This document shows positions 1 to 10,359 of a stretch of DNA of 64,000 nucleotides, in pieces. This stretch comes from Rhodospirillales bacterium 70-18. Lineage in GTDB: Bacteria > Pseudomonadota > Alphaproteobacteria > Acetobacterales > Acetobacteraceae. Positions within the stretch are counted from its first letter, which is position 1, and each line of letters starts with the position of its first letter. The position numbers and the translations under genes were made by a program. The notes below the pieces were generated by a model that had not been told where the DNA came from, searched no databases, and saw only the letters and a program-made list of their open reading frames with translations. The stretch covers positions 2,388-66,387 of the forward strand of contig MKWE01000021.1 in the NCBI GenBank assembly GCA_001899585.1, read 5' to 3'.

Positions 1-367
1 GCAGATGGTCCACCTGCCCCGTCTGCACCGGCCCACCGTCAGCGGCGGGCAGCATCAGGGTCGAAACCTCCTCGCCGCGCAGCATCCCCACCAGGCCCCA
101 CACCGTATGGTCGTGCACCGGCGTCACCTGCCCGGGTCCCCACACGAAGCTCACGACGCTGAACCGCTCGGCGGGGTCGCAATGCAGCAGATACTGCCGA
201 TACGTCGGCCCTGGCAGCGCGAATTCGTCCGGCAGCCAGTCGTCGTGGCGCACCAGATCCGCCAGCAGCGCCCGCCCGCGCGCCAGCAATTGCCCTTCAT
301 CGGCATCGCTGTCGGCCAGCGCCGTCATCGCCTTCACAAAATCGCGCAGCCGCGTGATGTCCGTCAT
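1..367 (-). CDS. cysteine dioxygenase / 3-mercaptopropionate dioxygenase-like cupin (N-terminal part; gene runs off the window start)
   Basis: Reverse translation from the ATG at 367 (GGAGGA 5 nt upstream) gives MTDITRLRDFVKAM...YRQYLLHCDPAERFSVVSFVWGPGQVTPVHDHTVWGLVGMLRGEE. This is typical of bacterial CDO-family thiol dioxygenases. Not listed in the ORF track. Confidence 0.7.
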   Translation of the reverse strand, partial: MTDITRLRDFVKAMTALADSDADEGQLLARGRALLADLVRHDDWLPDEFALPGPTYRQYLLHCDPAERFSVVSFVWGPGQVTPVHDHTVWGLVGMLRGEEVSTLMLPAADGGPVQTGQVDHL

Positions 368-524
368 CAAATCCTCCCCTGCCGTCCTGGCCCTCCCGGT
401 CGCCCGTCCATTTCGACCGTCTGCTCCACTTCGGTGGCGCGAATCCCGATCTGGATCAATCCTTTTTGCGCCAATCCTCGCAAGTTTTCTTCCGTCTGGC
501 GGCGCAAACGGGCAAGTATGTGTC

Positions 525-2156
525 ATGCGCCTGCCTGCCGCCCTCGCCCCGTTGCGCCATCCGCTGTTCCGCATGCTGTGGACCGCCAACCTGGTGGTCT
601 CGATGGGCGTGTGGATGCAGAACACCGGCGCAGGCTGGCTGATGGCCACCCTGGCGCCGGATGCCTTCACCGTCAGCCTGGTGCAGGCCGCCACCATCCT
701 GCCGGTGTTCCTGCTCGCCCTGCCGGCCGGCGCATTGGCCGACATCATCGACAAGCGCCTGTTCATCATCGGCACGCAAAGCTGGATGCTGGCCGCGGCG
801 GCCCTGCTGGCGGTACTCACCCTGGCCGGGCTCACCGGCATCTGGGGCCTGCTGGCGCTCACCTTCGCCATCGGCGCCGGTGCCGCGATGAACAACCCCG
901 CCTGGGGCTCGGTGATGGCCGAGGTGGTGCCGCGCCAGGACCTGGTGCAGGCGATCGCGCTGAACGGTGTGGGCTTCAACCTGGCCCGCGCGGTCGGCCC
1001 CGCGCTGGCCGGATTCCTGGTGCTGGCCGGCGGGCCGGCGCTGGCCTTCGCGCTCAACGCACTCTCCTATGTCGCGGTCATCGTCGCCCTGCTGTCGTGG
1101 CACCGCCGCCGCCGGCATTCCGCCCTGCCGCGCGAGCACATGCTCTCGGCGATGCGCGCCGGCCTGCGCTTCACCCGGCACACGCCGGCCATGCAGGCGG
1201 CGATGCTGCGTTCGGCCGCCTTTTTCTTCGCCGCCGCCGCCCCCTGGGCGATGCTGCCGCTGGTGGTCAAGGAGCAGTTGCACCTCGGCGCCGGCACCTA
1301 CGGCATCCTGCTCGGCCTGATGGGGGTGGGCGGGGTAACCGCCGGGATGGTGCTGCCGCAGATCCGCGCCCGGCTGTCGCGCGGCAACACCGTGTTCGTC
1401 TCCAGCGTCACCGCCTGCTGCGGCATGGCGATTTTGGCCATGTCCCGCCACTGGCTGCCGGCGGCCCTTGGCATGCTGCTGTTCGGCATCGGCTGGGTCA
1501 CCGCCTCCGCGGTCACGCAGGGCGTCGCCCAGCTCGCTGCGCCGCCCTGGGTGCGCTCCCGCGCGCTGGCGATCTTCCAGTTGGCCTTCAACGGCGCGCT
1601 GATCGCCGGCACCTTCTTCTGGGGCTGGCTCGGCACCAGGCTGGGCCTCACCCCGGCCCTGCTCGCCGCCGCCACCACCGGGCTGGTGCTGGCCCTGGCC
1701 GCCCGCGCCTTCAGCCTCGACGGCGAGCAGCCACACACCCAGTCCAGCACGGATGCCGAGCCGACGCCGCCCGAGGCCGTCGCTCCCGAACTGATCCAGG
1801 TGGTCCACAAGGCCCGCAACCGGGTGCTGGAAAGCCAGCACTACCGGATCGACCCGGCCGATCAGCCCAGCTTTCTGTCGGTGATGGCCGAGGTGCGCGA
1901 CGTCCGCGGCCGCGCCGGCGCGATCGGCTGGCAGCTCTACGAGGATGTCGCCCACGCCGACGGCTGGCTGGAGGTTTGGACCGTCGAGAACTGGACCGAC
2001 CACCTGCGCGAGGCCGCCCGCCTGAGCGCCGCCGACCGCGCCGTGCTGGCCCGCGCGCTGGCCCTGCACCAGGGGCCGCGCCTGCCGCCCAGCCGCTACC
2101 TGGCCATCCCGCCGAGCCGCCTGCCAACGCCCCCGAACCCGGCCGCCAGCCGCTGA
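525..2156 (+). CDS. MFS transporter (MFS_3 / enterobactin-exporter-like) with a C-terminal soluble extension
   Basis: In frame with track ORF 354..2156; start reset to the ATG at 525 (MRLPAALAPLRHPLFRMLWTANLVVSMGVWMQ). There are about 12 hydrophobic segments, then roughly 150 aa of non-membrane tail. Confidence 0.85.
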   Translation: MRLPAALAPLRHPLFRMLWTANLVVSMGVWMQNTGAGWLMATLAPDAFTVSLVQAATILPVFLLALPAGALADIIDKRLFIIGTQSWMLAAAALLAVLTLAGLTGIWGLLALTFAIGAGAAMNNPAWGSVMAEVVPRQDLVQAIALNGVGFNLARAVGPALAGFLVLAGGPALAFALNALSYVAVIVALLSWHRRRRHSALPREHMLSAMRAGLRFTRHTPAMQAAMLRSAAFFFAAAAPWAMLPLVVKEQLHLGAGTYGILLGLMGVGGVTAGMVLPQIRARLSRGNTVFVSSVTACCGMAILAMSRHWLPAALGMLLFGIGWVTASAVTQGVAQLAAPPWVRSRALAIFQLAFNGALIAGTFFWGWLGTRLGLTPALLAAATTGLVLALAARAFSLDGEQPHTQSSTDAEPTPPEAVAPELIQVVHKARNRVLESQHYRIDPADQPSFLSVMAEVRDVRGRAGAIGWQLYEDVAHADGWLEVWTVENWTDHLREAARLSAADRAVLARALALHQGPRLPPSRYLAIPPSRLPTPPNPAASR

Positions 2157-2219
2157 GCGGTGGCAATCAGCCCGCGCGAGCCCATATCCAAATGGCACGC
2201 TACGTAAAGGACGCTCCGA

Positions 2220-2693
2220 ATGAAGACCCTTAACGCATTGGATTCCAACATCCGCACCGCCGCCATCAGCCTGCTCAACGCCCGCGTCGCCGACACGATC
2301 GACCTCGCGCTGGCCACCAAGCAGGCGCACTGGAACCTGCGCGGCCCGCAATTCATCGCCGTGCATGAGATGCTCGACACCCTGCGCACCGAACTCGACG
2401 ACTACGTCGACACCATGGCCGAGCGCGTCACCGCCCTGGGCGGCACCGCGCTGGGCACGCTGCAGGTCACCGCCAAGGTCAGCAGCCTCACCGCCTACCC
2501 CACCAACATCCACGCCATCCCCGACCACCTGAAGGCGCTGTCCGAGCGCCTCGCCGCCCTCGGCACCGCCGTCCGCACCAACATCGACGAGGCGACCGAG
2601 GCCGGCGACGCCGGCACCGCCGACCTGTTCACCGGCATGTCGCGCGGCCTGGACAAATGGCTGTGGTTCCTGGAGGCGCATCAGGGCAGCTAA
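2220..2693 (+). CDS. dps: Dps family DNA starvation/stationary-phase protection protein
   Basis: 157 aa. ...ATKQAHWNLRGPQFIAVHEMLD...YVDTMAERVTALGG is the classic Dps ferroxidase-region pattern. Confidence 0.92.
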   Translation: MKTLNALDSNIRTAAISLLNARVADTIDLALATKQAHWNLRGPQFIAVHEMLDTLRTELDDYVDTMAERVTALGGTALGTLQVTAKVSSLTAYPTNIHAIPDHLKALSERLAALGTAVRTNIDEATEAGDAGTADLFTGMSRGLDKWLWFLEAHQGS

Positions 2694-2761
2694 TCTCCCA
2701 TCGCCGCTTGCCCGGGCGCGGGGGGCATCGCTAAAGTGCCCTCCGACTACGGGAACACACC

Positions 2762-4744
2762 ATGAACGACCTCTTCGGCCAGGGCAAGGCCCCCCGCGAC
2801 GACGCGGAGTATTCCGCCAAGGATATCGAGGTGCTGGAGGGGCTTGAGCCCGTCCGCCGCCGCCCAGGCATGTATATCGGCGGCACCGACGAGGCCGCCC
2901 TGCACCACCTGGCCGCCGAAATCATCGACAACGCGATGGACGAGGCGGTGGCCGGCCATGCCGGTTTCATCGAAGTCACGCTCGAAGCCGGCAACATCCT
3001 CTCCGTGCGCGACAACGGCCGCGGCATCCCGGTCGATCCGCACCCGAAATTCAAGACCCTCAGCGCGCTGGAGGTCATCCTCACCACCCTGCATTCCGGC
3101 GGCAAGTTCGGCGGCAAGGCGTACGACACCTCCGGCGGCCTGCACGGGGTCGGCAGCTCGGTGGTCAACGCCCTCTCCGACATGATGCAGGTCGAGGTCG
3201 CGCGCGACCGCGTGCTGTGGCGCCAGAGCTACGCCCGCGGCAAGCCGACCACCAAACTGGAAAACGCCGGCCCGGTGCAGAACCGCCGCGGCACCATGAT
3301 CCGCTTCCACCCCGACCCGCAGATCTTCAGCGACCTCGCCTTCAGCCCGGCCCGCCTCTACCGCTTCTGCCGCTCCAAGGCCTATCTGTTCCGCGGCGTG
3401 CAGATCCGCTGGTCCTGCGACCCCGCGCTGCTGAAGCCCGGCCGCGACGAGACCCCCGCCGAGGCGGTGCTGCACTTCCCCGGCGGCCTGCGCGACAGCC
3501 TGGAGGCCGACATCGCCGGCAGCCCCACCGTCGCCCCCATCTGGGCCGGCGACGCCGACCTGCCCACCGGTCCCAACGGCGCGCGCACCGGCCGGCTGGA
3601 ATGGGCCATCGCCTGGCAGGAAACCGGCGAGGCCGACATCGCCTCGTACTGCAACACCGTCCCCACCTCCCAGGGCGGCACCCACGAGACCGGCTTTCGC
3701 AACGCCCTGCTGAAGGGCCTGCGCGCCTGGGGCGAGCAGCGCGGCAACCGCCGCGCCGCCGCCGTCACCGCCGAGGACGTGCTGGGCGGCATGGCCGCCA
3801 AGCTCTCCGCCTTCATCCGCGAGCCGCAATTCCAGGGCCAGACCAAGGAGAAGCTCACCAGCCCCGAGGCCACCCGCCTGGTGGAAACCGCGCTGCGCGA
3901 CCGCTTCGACCATTTCCTCGCCGGCGACCCGACCACGGCGGACAACCTGCTCGCCTTCGTCATCGAGCGCGCCGAGGAACGCCTGCGCCGCAAGGAGCTG
4001 AAGGACACCCCGCGCAAATCCGCCACCCGCCGCCTGCGCCTGCCCGGCAAGCTGGCCGACTGCTCGGTGGAAGACGCCGCGCGCACCGAGCTTTTCCTGG
4101 TCGAGGGCGATTCGGCCGGCGGCTCGGCCAAGCAGGCGCGCGACCGCGCCACCCAGGCGGTGCTGCCGCTGCGCGGCAAAATCCTCAACGTCGCCAGCGC
4201 CTCCACCGAAAAGCTGCGCCAGAACCAGGAACTGAAAGACCTGGTCGAAGCCCTCGGCTGCGGCGTCGGCGACCGGTTCGACCGTTCCCGCCTGCGCTAC
4301 GGCCGCGTCATCATCATGACCGACGCCGATGTGGACGGCGCCCATATCGCCAGCCTGTTGATGACCTTCTTCTACCGCGAACTGCCCGAGCTGGTGCGCC
4401 AGGGCCATGTCTACCTCGCCCAGCCGCCGCTCTACCGGCTGACCCAGGGCGCCAAATCGATCTACGCGATGGACGACGCCGACCGCGAGCGCAAGCTCAA
4501 GCAGTTCAAGGCCACCCCGAAGGTCGAGGTCAGCCGCTTCAAGGGCCTCGGCGAAATGCCGCCATCGGCACTGAAGGAAACCACCATGGACCCGGCGAAG
4601 CGCACCCTGCTCAAGGTGGTCGCCGCCGTGGAGGAACGCGCCGCCACCAACGACCTGGTGGAACGCCTGATGGGCCGCCGCCCGGAAGCCCGCTTCGAAT
4701 TCATCCAGGAACACGCCCGCGACGTGGTCGAGCTGGACGTCTGA
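2762..4744 (+). CDS. parE: DNA topoisomerase IV subunit B
   Basis: 660 aa. Has YSAKDIEVLEGLEPVRRRPGMYIGGT, a GHKL ATPase region, a TOPRIM region (ELFLVEGDSAGGSAKQARDR, IIMTDADVDGAHI) and no GyrB-type insertion. The length fits alphaproteobacterial ParE. Confidence 0.9.
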   Translation: MNDLFGQGKAPRDDAEYSAKDIEVLEGLEPVRRRPGMYIGGTDEAALHHLAAEIIDNAMDEAVAGHAGFIEVTLEAGNILSVRDNGRGIPVDPHPKFKTLSALEVILTTLHSGGKFGGKAYDTSGGLHGVGSSVVNALSDMMQVEVARDRVLWRQSYARGKPTTKLENAGPVQNRRGTMIRFHPDPQIFSDLAFSPARLYRFCRSKAYLFRGVQIRWSCDPALLKPGRDETPAEAVLHFPGGLRDSLEADIAGSPTVAPIWAGDADLPTGPNGARTGRLEWAIAWQETGEADIASYCNTVPTSQGGTHETGFRNALLKGLRAWGEQRGNRRAAAVTAEDVLGGMAAKLSAFIREPQFQGQTKEKLTSPEATRLVETALRDRFDHFLAGDPTTADNLLAFVIERAEERLRRKELKDTPRKSATRRLRLPGKLADCSVEDAARTELFLVEGDSAGGSAKQARDRATQAVLPLRGKILNVASASTEKLRQNQELKDLVEALGCGVGDRFDRSRLRYGRVIIMTDADVDGAHIASLLMTFFYRELPELVRQGHVYLAQPPLYRLTQGAKSIYAMDDADRERKLKQFKATPKVEVSRFKGLGEMPPSALKETTMDPAKRTLLKVVAAVEERAATNDLVERLMGRRPEARFEFIQEHARDVVELDV

Positions 4745-4777
4745 GCCGGAGCGAATTCACCCAGGCAAAAAGATCAA

Positions 4778-4845
4778 CATGGAGGCGGGGAGAAGAAAAG
4801 CGAATTCGCCTCGATCTTCCTTCTCCCCGCCTCCCCGCCTCCATG
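4778..4845. terminator. imperfect long inverted repeat between convergent parE and HU genes (putative bidirectional terminator)
   Basis: CATGGAGGCGGGGAGAAG ... CTTCTCCCCGCCTCC(CCGCCTCC)ATG. The arms pair, with an 8-nt duplication in the right arm. Confidence 0.5.
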
Positions 4846-4943
4846 TGATTCTTCTTCGCTGCCCCATGCCCCGTGCCCCATGCCCCGTGCCACGGCACCG
4901 GCGGCCTGCGTCCGGCCTTCATCGCCGGCGCAGGCCACATGGA

Positions 4944-5213
4944 TCAGACCGACTTCTTCAGGGTCGGTGAGGCCTTGAAACGGACTGTCTTGCCCGCCTT
5001 CACCTTGATCGCCTCGCCGGTGCGCGGGTTCAGCCCCTTGCGCGCCTTGGTCTTGCGTACCGTGAAGGTTCCGAAGCTCGGCAGCGTGAACTTGCCGTTC
5101 TTCTTCATTTCCTTGACGATCGCGGCCATCAGGTCGCCCGCGGCGCGATTCGCAGCGGTGCCGGTCAGACTTGCGGAATCCTGCAGCACCGCTGCAATGA
5201 ATGCCTTAGACAT
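4944..5213 (-). CDS. hup: HU family DNA-binding protein
   Basis: 89 aa. ...FGTFTVRKTKARKGLNPRTGEAIKVKAGKTVRFKAS is the HU/IHF arm motif. Confidence 0.93.
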   Translation of the reverse strand: MSKAFIAAVLQDSASLTGTAANRAAGDLMAAIVKEMKKNGKFTLPSFGTFTVRKTKARKGLNPRTGEAIKVKAGKTVRFKASPTLKKSV

Positions 5214-5432
5214 GCGGTTTCCTTTTCTTTTGTAGTGCCGTGCCTGGAATCATGCGCGAATCCGCCGAACGGATCAGCATCATCCCAAAGACGCCGCCTC
5301 CTATCAGCGGATTTCGCCTGTTGCAAAAGATTTCTGTGCCGCATCGCGCCAAATCGCCCATCCGCGCATGCCGGGCTTGATCGCCGCCGCGCCCGGGCGT
5401 TGAGTGGCGCCGGGCATTCAACCGGAACGACC

Positions 5433-6353
5433 ATGCACACTCCGCCGCTCCCCGCCACCGAATCCATCGACCCGCGCTACCAGGATCTCGACGCCTGGCC
5501 CCCCGCCGCCATCCTCGCCGCGATGTGGGAAGGCCAGTTGGCCGCCGTCGCCGCCACCCGCGCGGCGCTGCCCGCCATCGCCGCCGCCGCAGCGGCCGCG
5601 GCCCCGCTGCTGGCCCGCGGCGGCCGGCTGGTCTATGCCGGCGCCGGCACCTCCGGGCGCATCGGCGTGCAGGACGGCGCCGAGTTGCCCCCCACCTTCG
5701 ACTGGCCGCAGGACCGCCTGGTGCTGCTGATGGCCGGCGGCGAGGCCGCCTTCACCCGCTCCATCGAGAACGCCGAGGACGACGGCGCCGCCGCCGAGGC
5801 CGCCATCGCCCGCCACGCCATCGGGCCGGACGACGTGGTGCTCGGCATCGCCGCCAGCGGCGGCACCCCCTTCACCACCGCGGCCATCCGCGCCGCCGCC
5901 GCGCGCGGGGCGCTGACCATCGGCATTTCCAACAGCCCGGGCGGCGCCCTGCTCGCCGCCGCCGCCCACCCCATCCTGGCCGAAACCGGCGCCGAGGCGA
6001 TCGCCGGCTCCACTCGCATGAAGGCTGGCACCGCGCAGAAAGTAGTGCTGAACCTGTTCTCCAGCCTGGTGATGGTACTGCTCGGCCGGGTCCACCAGGG
6101 CCTGATGGTCGACATGCAGGCCCGCAACGAAAAACTGCGCCGCCGCGCCGCACGCATGCTCGCCCACCTCACCGGCGAGGACGACGCGGCCATCCGCGCG
6201 GCGCTCGACGAGGCCGGCGGCAGCGTCAAACTCGCCGTGCTGGTGCTACAAGGGCTGGACCGCGCCGGCGCCCAGGCGCTTCTGGACGACAGCGGCAACA
6301 ATCTGCGCGCGGCCCTGCTGCGGCTGCGCGCCTCACTGGAGATACCGGCATGA
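5433..6353 (+). CDS. murQ: N-acetylmuramic acid 6-phosphate etherase
   Basis: Start reset within track ORF 5235..6353 to the ATG at 5433. SIS domain: GGRLVYAGAGTSGRIGVQDGAELPPTF...LGIAASGGTPF...STRMKAGTAQKVVLN. Confidence 0.88.
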   Translation: MHTPPLPATESIDPRYQDLDAWPPAAILAAMWEGQLAAVAATRAALPAIAAAAAAAAPLLARGGRLVYAGAGTSGRIGVQDGAELPPTFDWPQDRLVLLMAGGEAAFTRSIENAEDDGAAAEAAIARHAIGPDDVVLGIAASGGTPFTTAAIRAAAARGALTIGISNSPGGALLAAAAHPILAETGAEAIAGSTRMKAGTAQKVVLNLFSSLVMVLLGRVHQGLMVDMQARNEKLRRRAARMLAHLTGEDDAAIRAALDEAGGSVKLAVLVLQGLDRAGAQALLDDSGNNLRAALLRLRASLEIPA

Positions 6354-7477
6354 TCGCCATCGGCGCCCAACATATCTTCGACGGCCATGCCTCGCACGGC
6401 GAGGGCGTGGTGGTGGTCGAGGAGGGCCGCATCGTCGCCATCGCCAGCGAAGCCCCCCCCGGCATGCCGTTCGACGAATGGACCGAGGACGTCATCATCG
6501 CCCCCGGCTATATCGACGCCCAGGTGAACGGCGCCGGCGGCGTGCTGCTCAACGCCACCCCCACGCTGGAGGCGATGGCCGCCATCGCCCGCGCCATGGC
6601 CGGCACCGGCACCACCAGCATCCTGCCCACCCTCATCACCGACGCGCCCGGCCGCATGGAACAGGCGCTGGAAGCCGCCCGCGCCGCGCTCGAAGCCGGC
6701 ATCCCCGGCATCGCCGGCCTGCACCTGGAAGGCCCCTTCCTCAGCCCCGCCCGCCACGGCGCCCACCCCAAGGCGATGGTCCGCCGCATGACGCAGGCCG
6801 ACGCCGCCCTGCTGGCCCGGCCCTTCCCCGGCTGCCTGCTGGTCACCCTCGCCCCGGAAGAGACCGACCCGGCGCTGATCCGCGCCCTGGCCGACGCCGG
6901 CGTGCTCCTCTTCGCCGGCCACAGCGACGCCAGTTTCGAGCAGGCGCGCGACGGCCTGGATGCCGGCATCACCGGCTTCACCCACCTCACCAACGCCATG
7001 GCCCCCATCGCCGGCCGCGCCCCCGGCATCGCCGCCGCGGCGCTGTCCGACCCGCGCGCCCGCGCCGGCATCATCGTGGATACCATCCATGTCCACCCCG
7101 CAATGGTCGCCATGGCGCTGCGCCTGATGGGCCCGGACCGCCTGTTCGCCGTCTCCGACGCCATGCCCACCGCCGCCTCGGACATCACCGAGTTCGACCT
7201 CTGCGGCGACCACGTCACCCTGAAGGACGGCCGCCTGACCAACCAGGCCGGCGGCCTCGCCGGCGCCCACGTCACTATGGCCGAATGCGTGCGCAACCTG
7301 GTCAACCATGTCGGCGTGGACTGGGAAACCGCGGTCCAGATGGCCACCGCCACCCCCGCCGCCGTGCTGGGCCTGGACGATCGCGGCCGCATCGCCCCGG
7401 GCATGCGCGCCGATCTGGTCGCACTGGACCCGAATATGAACGTGCTGGCGGTCTGGCAGGGCGGAGTCAGGATGTAG
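6350..7477 (+). CDS. nagA: N-acetylglucosamine-6-phosphate deacetylase
   Basis: ATGA start/stop overlap with murQ. MIAIGAQHIFDG...APGYIDAQVNGAGGV...GLHLEGPFLSP...AGHSDA...THLTNAM. This is the C-terminal part of track ORF 5525..7477. Confidence 0.88.
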   Translation: MIAIGAQHIFDGHASHGEGVVVVEEGRIVAIASEAPPGMPFDEWTEDVIIAPGYIDAQVNGAGGVLLNATPTLEAMAAIARAMAGTGTTSILPTLITDAPGRMEQALEAARAALEAGIPGIAGLHLEGPFLSPARHGAHPKAMVRRMTQADAALLARPFPGCLLVTLAPEETDPALIRALADAGVLLFAGHSDASFEQARDGLDAGITGFTHLTNAMAPIAGRAPGIAAAALSDPRARAGIIVDTIHVHPAMVAMALRLMGPDRLFAVSDAMPTAASDITEFDLCGDHVTLKDGRLTNQAGGLAGAHVTMAECVRNLVNHVGVDWETAVQMATATPAAVLGLDDRGRIAPGMRADLVALDPNMNVLAVWQGGVRM

Positions 7478-7622
7478 AGGCAGGGAAGCAAGCGGATTCA
7501 CAAAGAGACGTAGAGGCGAGAAGAAGAAAAGGCGGAGGGTATACACCCCCCGCCCCACAGCCTCATCGAATAAAGTTTTTTTGCTTCTTTTTGTTCACAA
7601 AAAGAAGCCTTCCTTCCCTACA
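7474..7622. repeat. MITE-like intergenic repeat, copy B (about 145 bp with imperfect terminal inverted repeats and an AT-rich hairpin core)
   Basis: 7572..7613 is identical 42/42 to 12568..12609 (AAAGTTTTTTTGCTTCTTTTTGTTCACAAAAAGAAGCCTTCC). Termini TGTAGAGGCAGGGAAGC / GCCTTCCTTCCCTACA are inverted. It fills the whole nagA-to-aldehyde-dehydrogenase spacer. Confidence 0.7.
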
Positions 7623-9051
7623 GGCTCGCCTGCGTCACAAACTTCGTATTCAGGTAAGCCTCGATCGCCTCAAGCCCGCCCTCGGACCCGTAGCCGGAAT
7701 CCTTGATGCCGCCGAACGGCACTTCCGGCAGCGCCAGCCCGTGGTGGTTGATCGACATCATGCCCGCCTCCACCCGCGCCGCGATGGCGTTGGCGGTCTT
7801 CACCGAGCGGGTATAGGCGTAGGAAGCCAGCCCGAACGGCAGCCGGTTGGCTTCCTCCACCACGTCGTCGAAGCTTTTGAACGGCACCATCAGCGCCAGC
7901 GGGCCGAACGGCTCCTCGTTCATCACCCGCATGTCGCGGTTGAGGTTGGTCAGCACCGTCGGCTCGAAGAAATTGCCCTTGTTGCCGATGCGCTTGCCGC
8001 CGGTCTTCACCTCGGCGCCCTTCTGCACGGCGTCGGCGATGAAGCCCTCCATCGCGCTCACCCGGCGCGGGTTGGCCAGCGGCCCCATGGTGCTGCCGGC
8101 CTCCTGGCCGTCGCCGACCTTGATCTTCTCGGCCAGCGCCACGAAGCGGCCGACGAAATCGTCGAACACCTTCTCCTGCACCAGGAAGCGGGTCGGCGAC
8201 ACGCACACCTGGCCGGCGTTGCGGAACTTGTTGGCCGCCAGGATCTTGCTGGCCACCTCAAGGTCGGCGTCGTCGAACACGATGGCCGGCGCGTGGCCGC
8301 CCAGCTCCATGGTCACCCGCTTCATGTGCAGCCCGGCCAGCGCCGCCAGCTGCTTGCCGACCACGGTGGAGCCGGTGAACGAGATCTTGCGGATCACCGG
8401 ATGCGGGATGAGGTATTCGGAAATCTCGGCGGGCACCCCGAACACCAGGTTCACCACGCCCGCCGGCACGCCGGCATCGGCATAGGCGCGCACCAGTTCG
8501 GCGCAGCTCGCCGGTGTCTCCTCCGGCCCCTTCAGGATCACCGAGCACCCGGCCGCCAGCGCCGCCGAAATCTTGCGCACCGCCTGGTTGATCGGGAAGT
8601 TCCACGGCGTGAAGCAGGCCACCGGCCCCACCGGCTCCTTGATCACCAGCTGGTACACCCCGTCGGCGCGCGCCGGGATGACGCGGCCATAGGCGCGCTT
8701 GGCCTCCTCGGCGAACCAGTCGATCACGTCGCTGGCGACGCCGATCTCGCCCTTCGCCTCGGCCAGCGGCTTGCCCTGCTCCTGGGTCATCAGCCGGGCG
8801 ATGTCGTCGGCGCGGGTGCGGATCAGGTCGGCGGCCTTGCGCATGATCTTGGCGCGGTCATAGGCGGACATCTTGCGCCACACCGCGAAGCCCTTCTCGG
8901 CGGCGGCCAGCGCGCGGTCCAGGTCGGGGATTTCGGCATGCGCCACGGTGCCCAGCTTGTCGCCGGTCGCGGGGTTGATCACGGTCAGCACCTTGCCGGC
9001 GGCACTCGGCCCCCAGGCGCCGTCGATGAACAGCGATACGTCGGAATACAT
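7618..9051 (-). CDS. NAD(P)-dependent aldehyde dehydrogenase (succinate-semialdehyde / 2,5-dioxovalerate dehydrogenase-like)
   Basis: Start reset to [13 protein letters not shown] (ATG at 9051). ALDH motifs [16 protein letters not shown] and EEPFGP are present. Confidence 0.88.
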   Translation of the reverse strand: MYSDVSLFIDGAWGPSAAGKVLTVINPATGDKLGTVAHAEIPDLDRALAAAEKGFAVWRKMSAYDRAKIMRKAADLIRTRADDIARLMTQEQGKPLAEAKGEIGVASDVIDWFAEEAKRAYGRVIPARADGVYQLVIKEPVGPVACFTPWNFPINQAVRKISAALAAGCSVILKGPEETPASCAELVRAYADAGVPAGVVNLVFGVPAEISEYLIPHPVIRKISFTGSTVVGKQLAALAGLHMKRVTMELGGHAPAIVFDDADLEVASKILAANKFRNAGQVCVSPTRFLVQEKVFDDFVGRFVALAEKIKVGDGQEAGSTMGPLANPRRVSAMEGFIADAVQKGAEVKTGGKRIGNKGNFFEPTVLTNLNRDMRVMNEEPFGPLALMVPFKSFDDVVEEANRLPFGLASYAYTRSVKTANAIAARVEAGMMSINHHGLALPEVPFGGIKDSGYGSEGGLEAIEAYLNTKFVTQASL

Positions 9052-9131
9052 GCGATACCTCTTGGTGTGCGCGGCCGAAGCGGCGTGGTTCCCGGCGCAA
9101 CATAGCGCCAAGCCCCCGCCTGTCGAGTCGG

Positions 9132-10349
9132 CTAGCCTCGCGCCAGGATATCCGCCGCCGCCGCCGCCATCACCTGGCAGCCCAGCACGATGTCCTCGTC
9201 GGCGGTGTTCTCGCTCCAGTGATGGCTGATGCCGCCGATGCTGGGCACGAACAGCATGGCCGCCGGCATCACCCGGGCGAGTTGCTGCGCGTCATGCCCG
9301 GCGCCGCTGGGCATGCGCTGGTGCAGCCCCGGCGCGAACCGCTCGGCCGCCCGGTCGAGTGCGGCGCGGAAGCCTTCGTCCATCATCTTGGGGGTGGAGC
9401 GGGAAAGCGTATGAAGTATAACCTTACAGGGTCCGGAAGCATCCGCCTCCGCAACCAGCGCCTGCAATGCAGCCTCCAGGCGGGCCAGAACCGCCGGATC
9501 GGCGTCGCGGAACTGGAACATCATCTCCGCCCCGCCCGGCACGATGCTGGCCGCACCCGGGTCGAGCAGGATTTTTCCCACCGTCCAGACCGTTTTTTCG
9601 GCACAAATGGTCGGAAATTTCGCCTCGATGGCGGCAAAAAGCCGCATCAAAGCGACCCCGGCATCCTTGCGGATCGCCATCCGGGTGGTGCCGGCGTGGT
9701 TCTGCACCCCCTCGAAATTCACCCGGTACTGCCAGATGCCGACGATGCTGGTGACCACGCCGATCTTCAGCCCGGCGGCCTCCAGCGCGTCGCCCTGCTC
9801 GATATGCGCCTCCAGGAAGCCCTTGTAGCGGCCGGGTTCGAAGTGCAGGCGGGGCTTGCCGGCCAAGCCCGCTTCGGCGAGCGCCTCGCGCAAGGTCTTG
9901 TTCTCATGGCGGTTCCGCGCCGCGTCGATGTCCGCCTCCGACACATCGCCGACATAGGAGCGGCTGCCGAGGAAGGAGCCGTAATGTCCCTCCTCGTCCG
10001 CCCAGGCTACCACGTCGATGCCGCGCCCCACCGCGCGCGCCACCTCCAGCGCGTACATCACCCCCAGCGCGCCATCCAGCCACCCCGCATGCGGCTGTGT
10101 CTCGGTGTGGCTGCCCAGCAACAGCCGCGGCCCGTCGCCGGCGCCGCGGCCGAGGACGTTGCCGATGCCGTCGATCTCCGGTTCCAGCCCGGCGTCGCGC
10201 ATGCGCTCCATCAGCCAGCGGCGGCTGTCCATGTCTACCGGGGAGAAGGTCGGGCGGTGCACCCCGGTCTTGTAGGTGCCGAATTCGCGCAGGCGATAAA
10301 GATCGGCCAGCAACCGCTTGCCGTCGATGGATATATTCGAGCCGGACAC
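9132..10349 (-). CDS. M20-family Zn-dependent amidohydrolase (allantoate amidohydrolase / N-carbamoyl-L-amino-acid hydrolase type)
   Basis: 405 aa. GTG start with GAGGAG 7 nt upstream. ...[10 protein letters not shown]...[10 protein letters not shown]...[19 protein letters not shown]. Confidence 0.85.
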   Translation of the reverse strand: MSGSNISIDGKRLLADLYRLREFGTYKTGVHRPTFSPVDMDSRRWLMERMRDAGLEPEIDGIGNVLGRGAGDGPRLLLGSHTETQPHAGWLDGALGVMYALEVARAVGRGIDVVAWADEEGHYGSFLGSRSYVGDVSEADIDAARNRHENKTLREALAEAGLAGKPRLHFEPGRYKGFLEAHIEQGDALEAAGLKIGVVTSIVGIWQYRVNFEGVQNHAGTTRMAIRKDAGVALMRLFAAIEAKFPTICAEKTVWTVGKILLDPGAASIVPGGAEMMFQFRDADPAVLARLEAALQALVAEADASGPCKVILHTLSRSTPKMMDEGFRAALDRAAERFAPGLHQRMPSGAGHDAQQLARVMPAAMLFVPSIGGISHHWSENTADEDIVLGCQVMAAAAADILARG

Positions 10350-10359
10350 TCTACGCTCC

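Noticed and set aside
5-2233. 742-aa plus-strand ORF and the 741-aa minus-strand ORF (456..2681) overlapping the MFS and dps genes
   Set aside because: Their translations are Arg/Pro/Gly/Ala-rich low-complexity strings typical of out-of-frame or antisense reading of GC-rich genes. The MFS and Dps frames show real family motifs.
2747-4714. 655-aa antisense ORF covering parE, plus 3217..4848 in an alternate frame
   Set aside because: These are shadow ORFs of a clearly identifiable ParE gene. They have no motifs and an extreme Ala/Gly/Arg composition.
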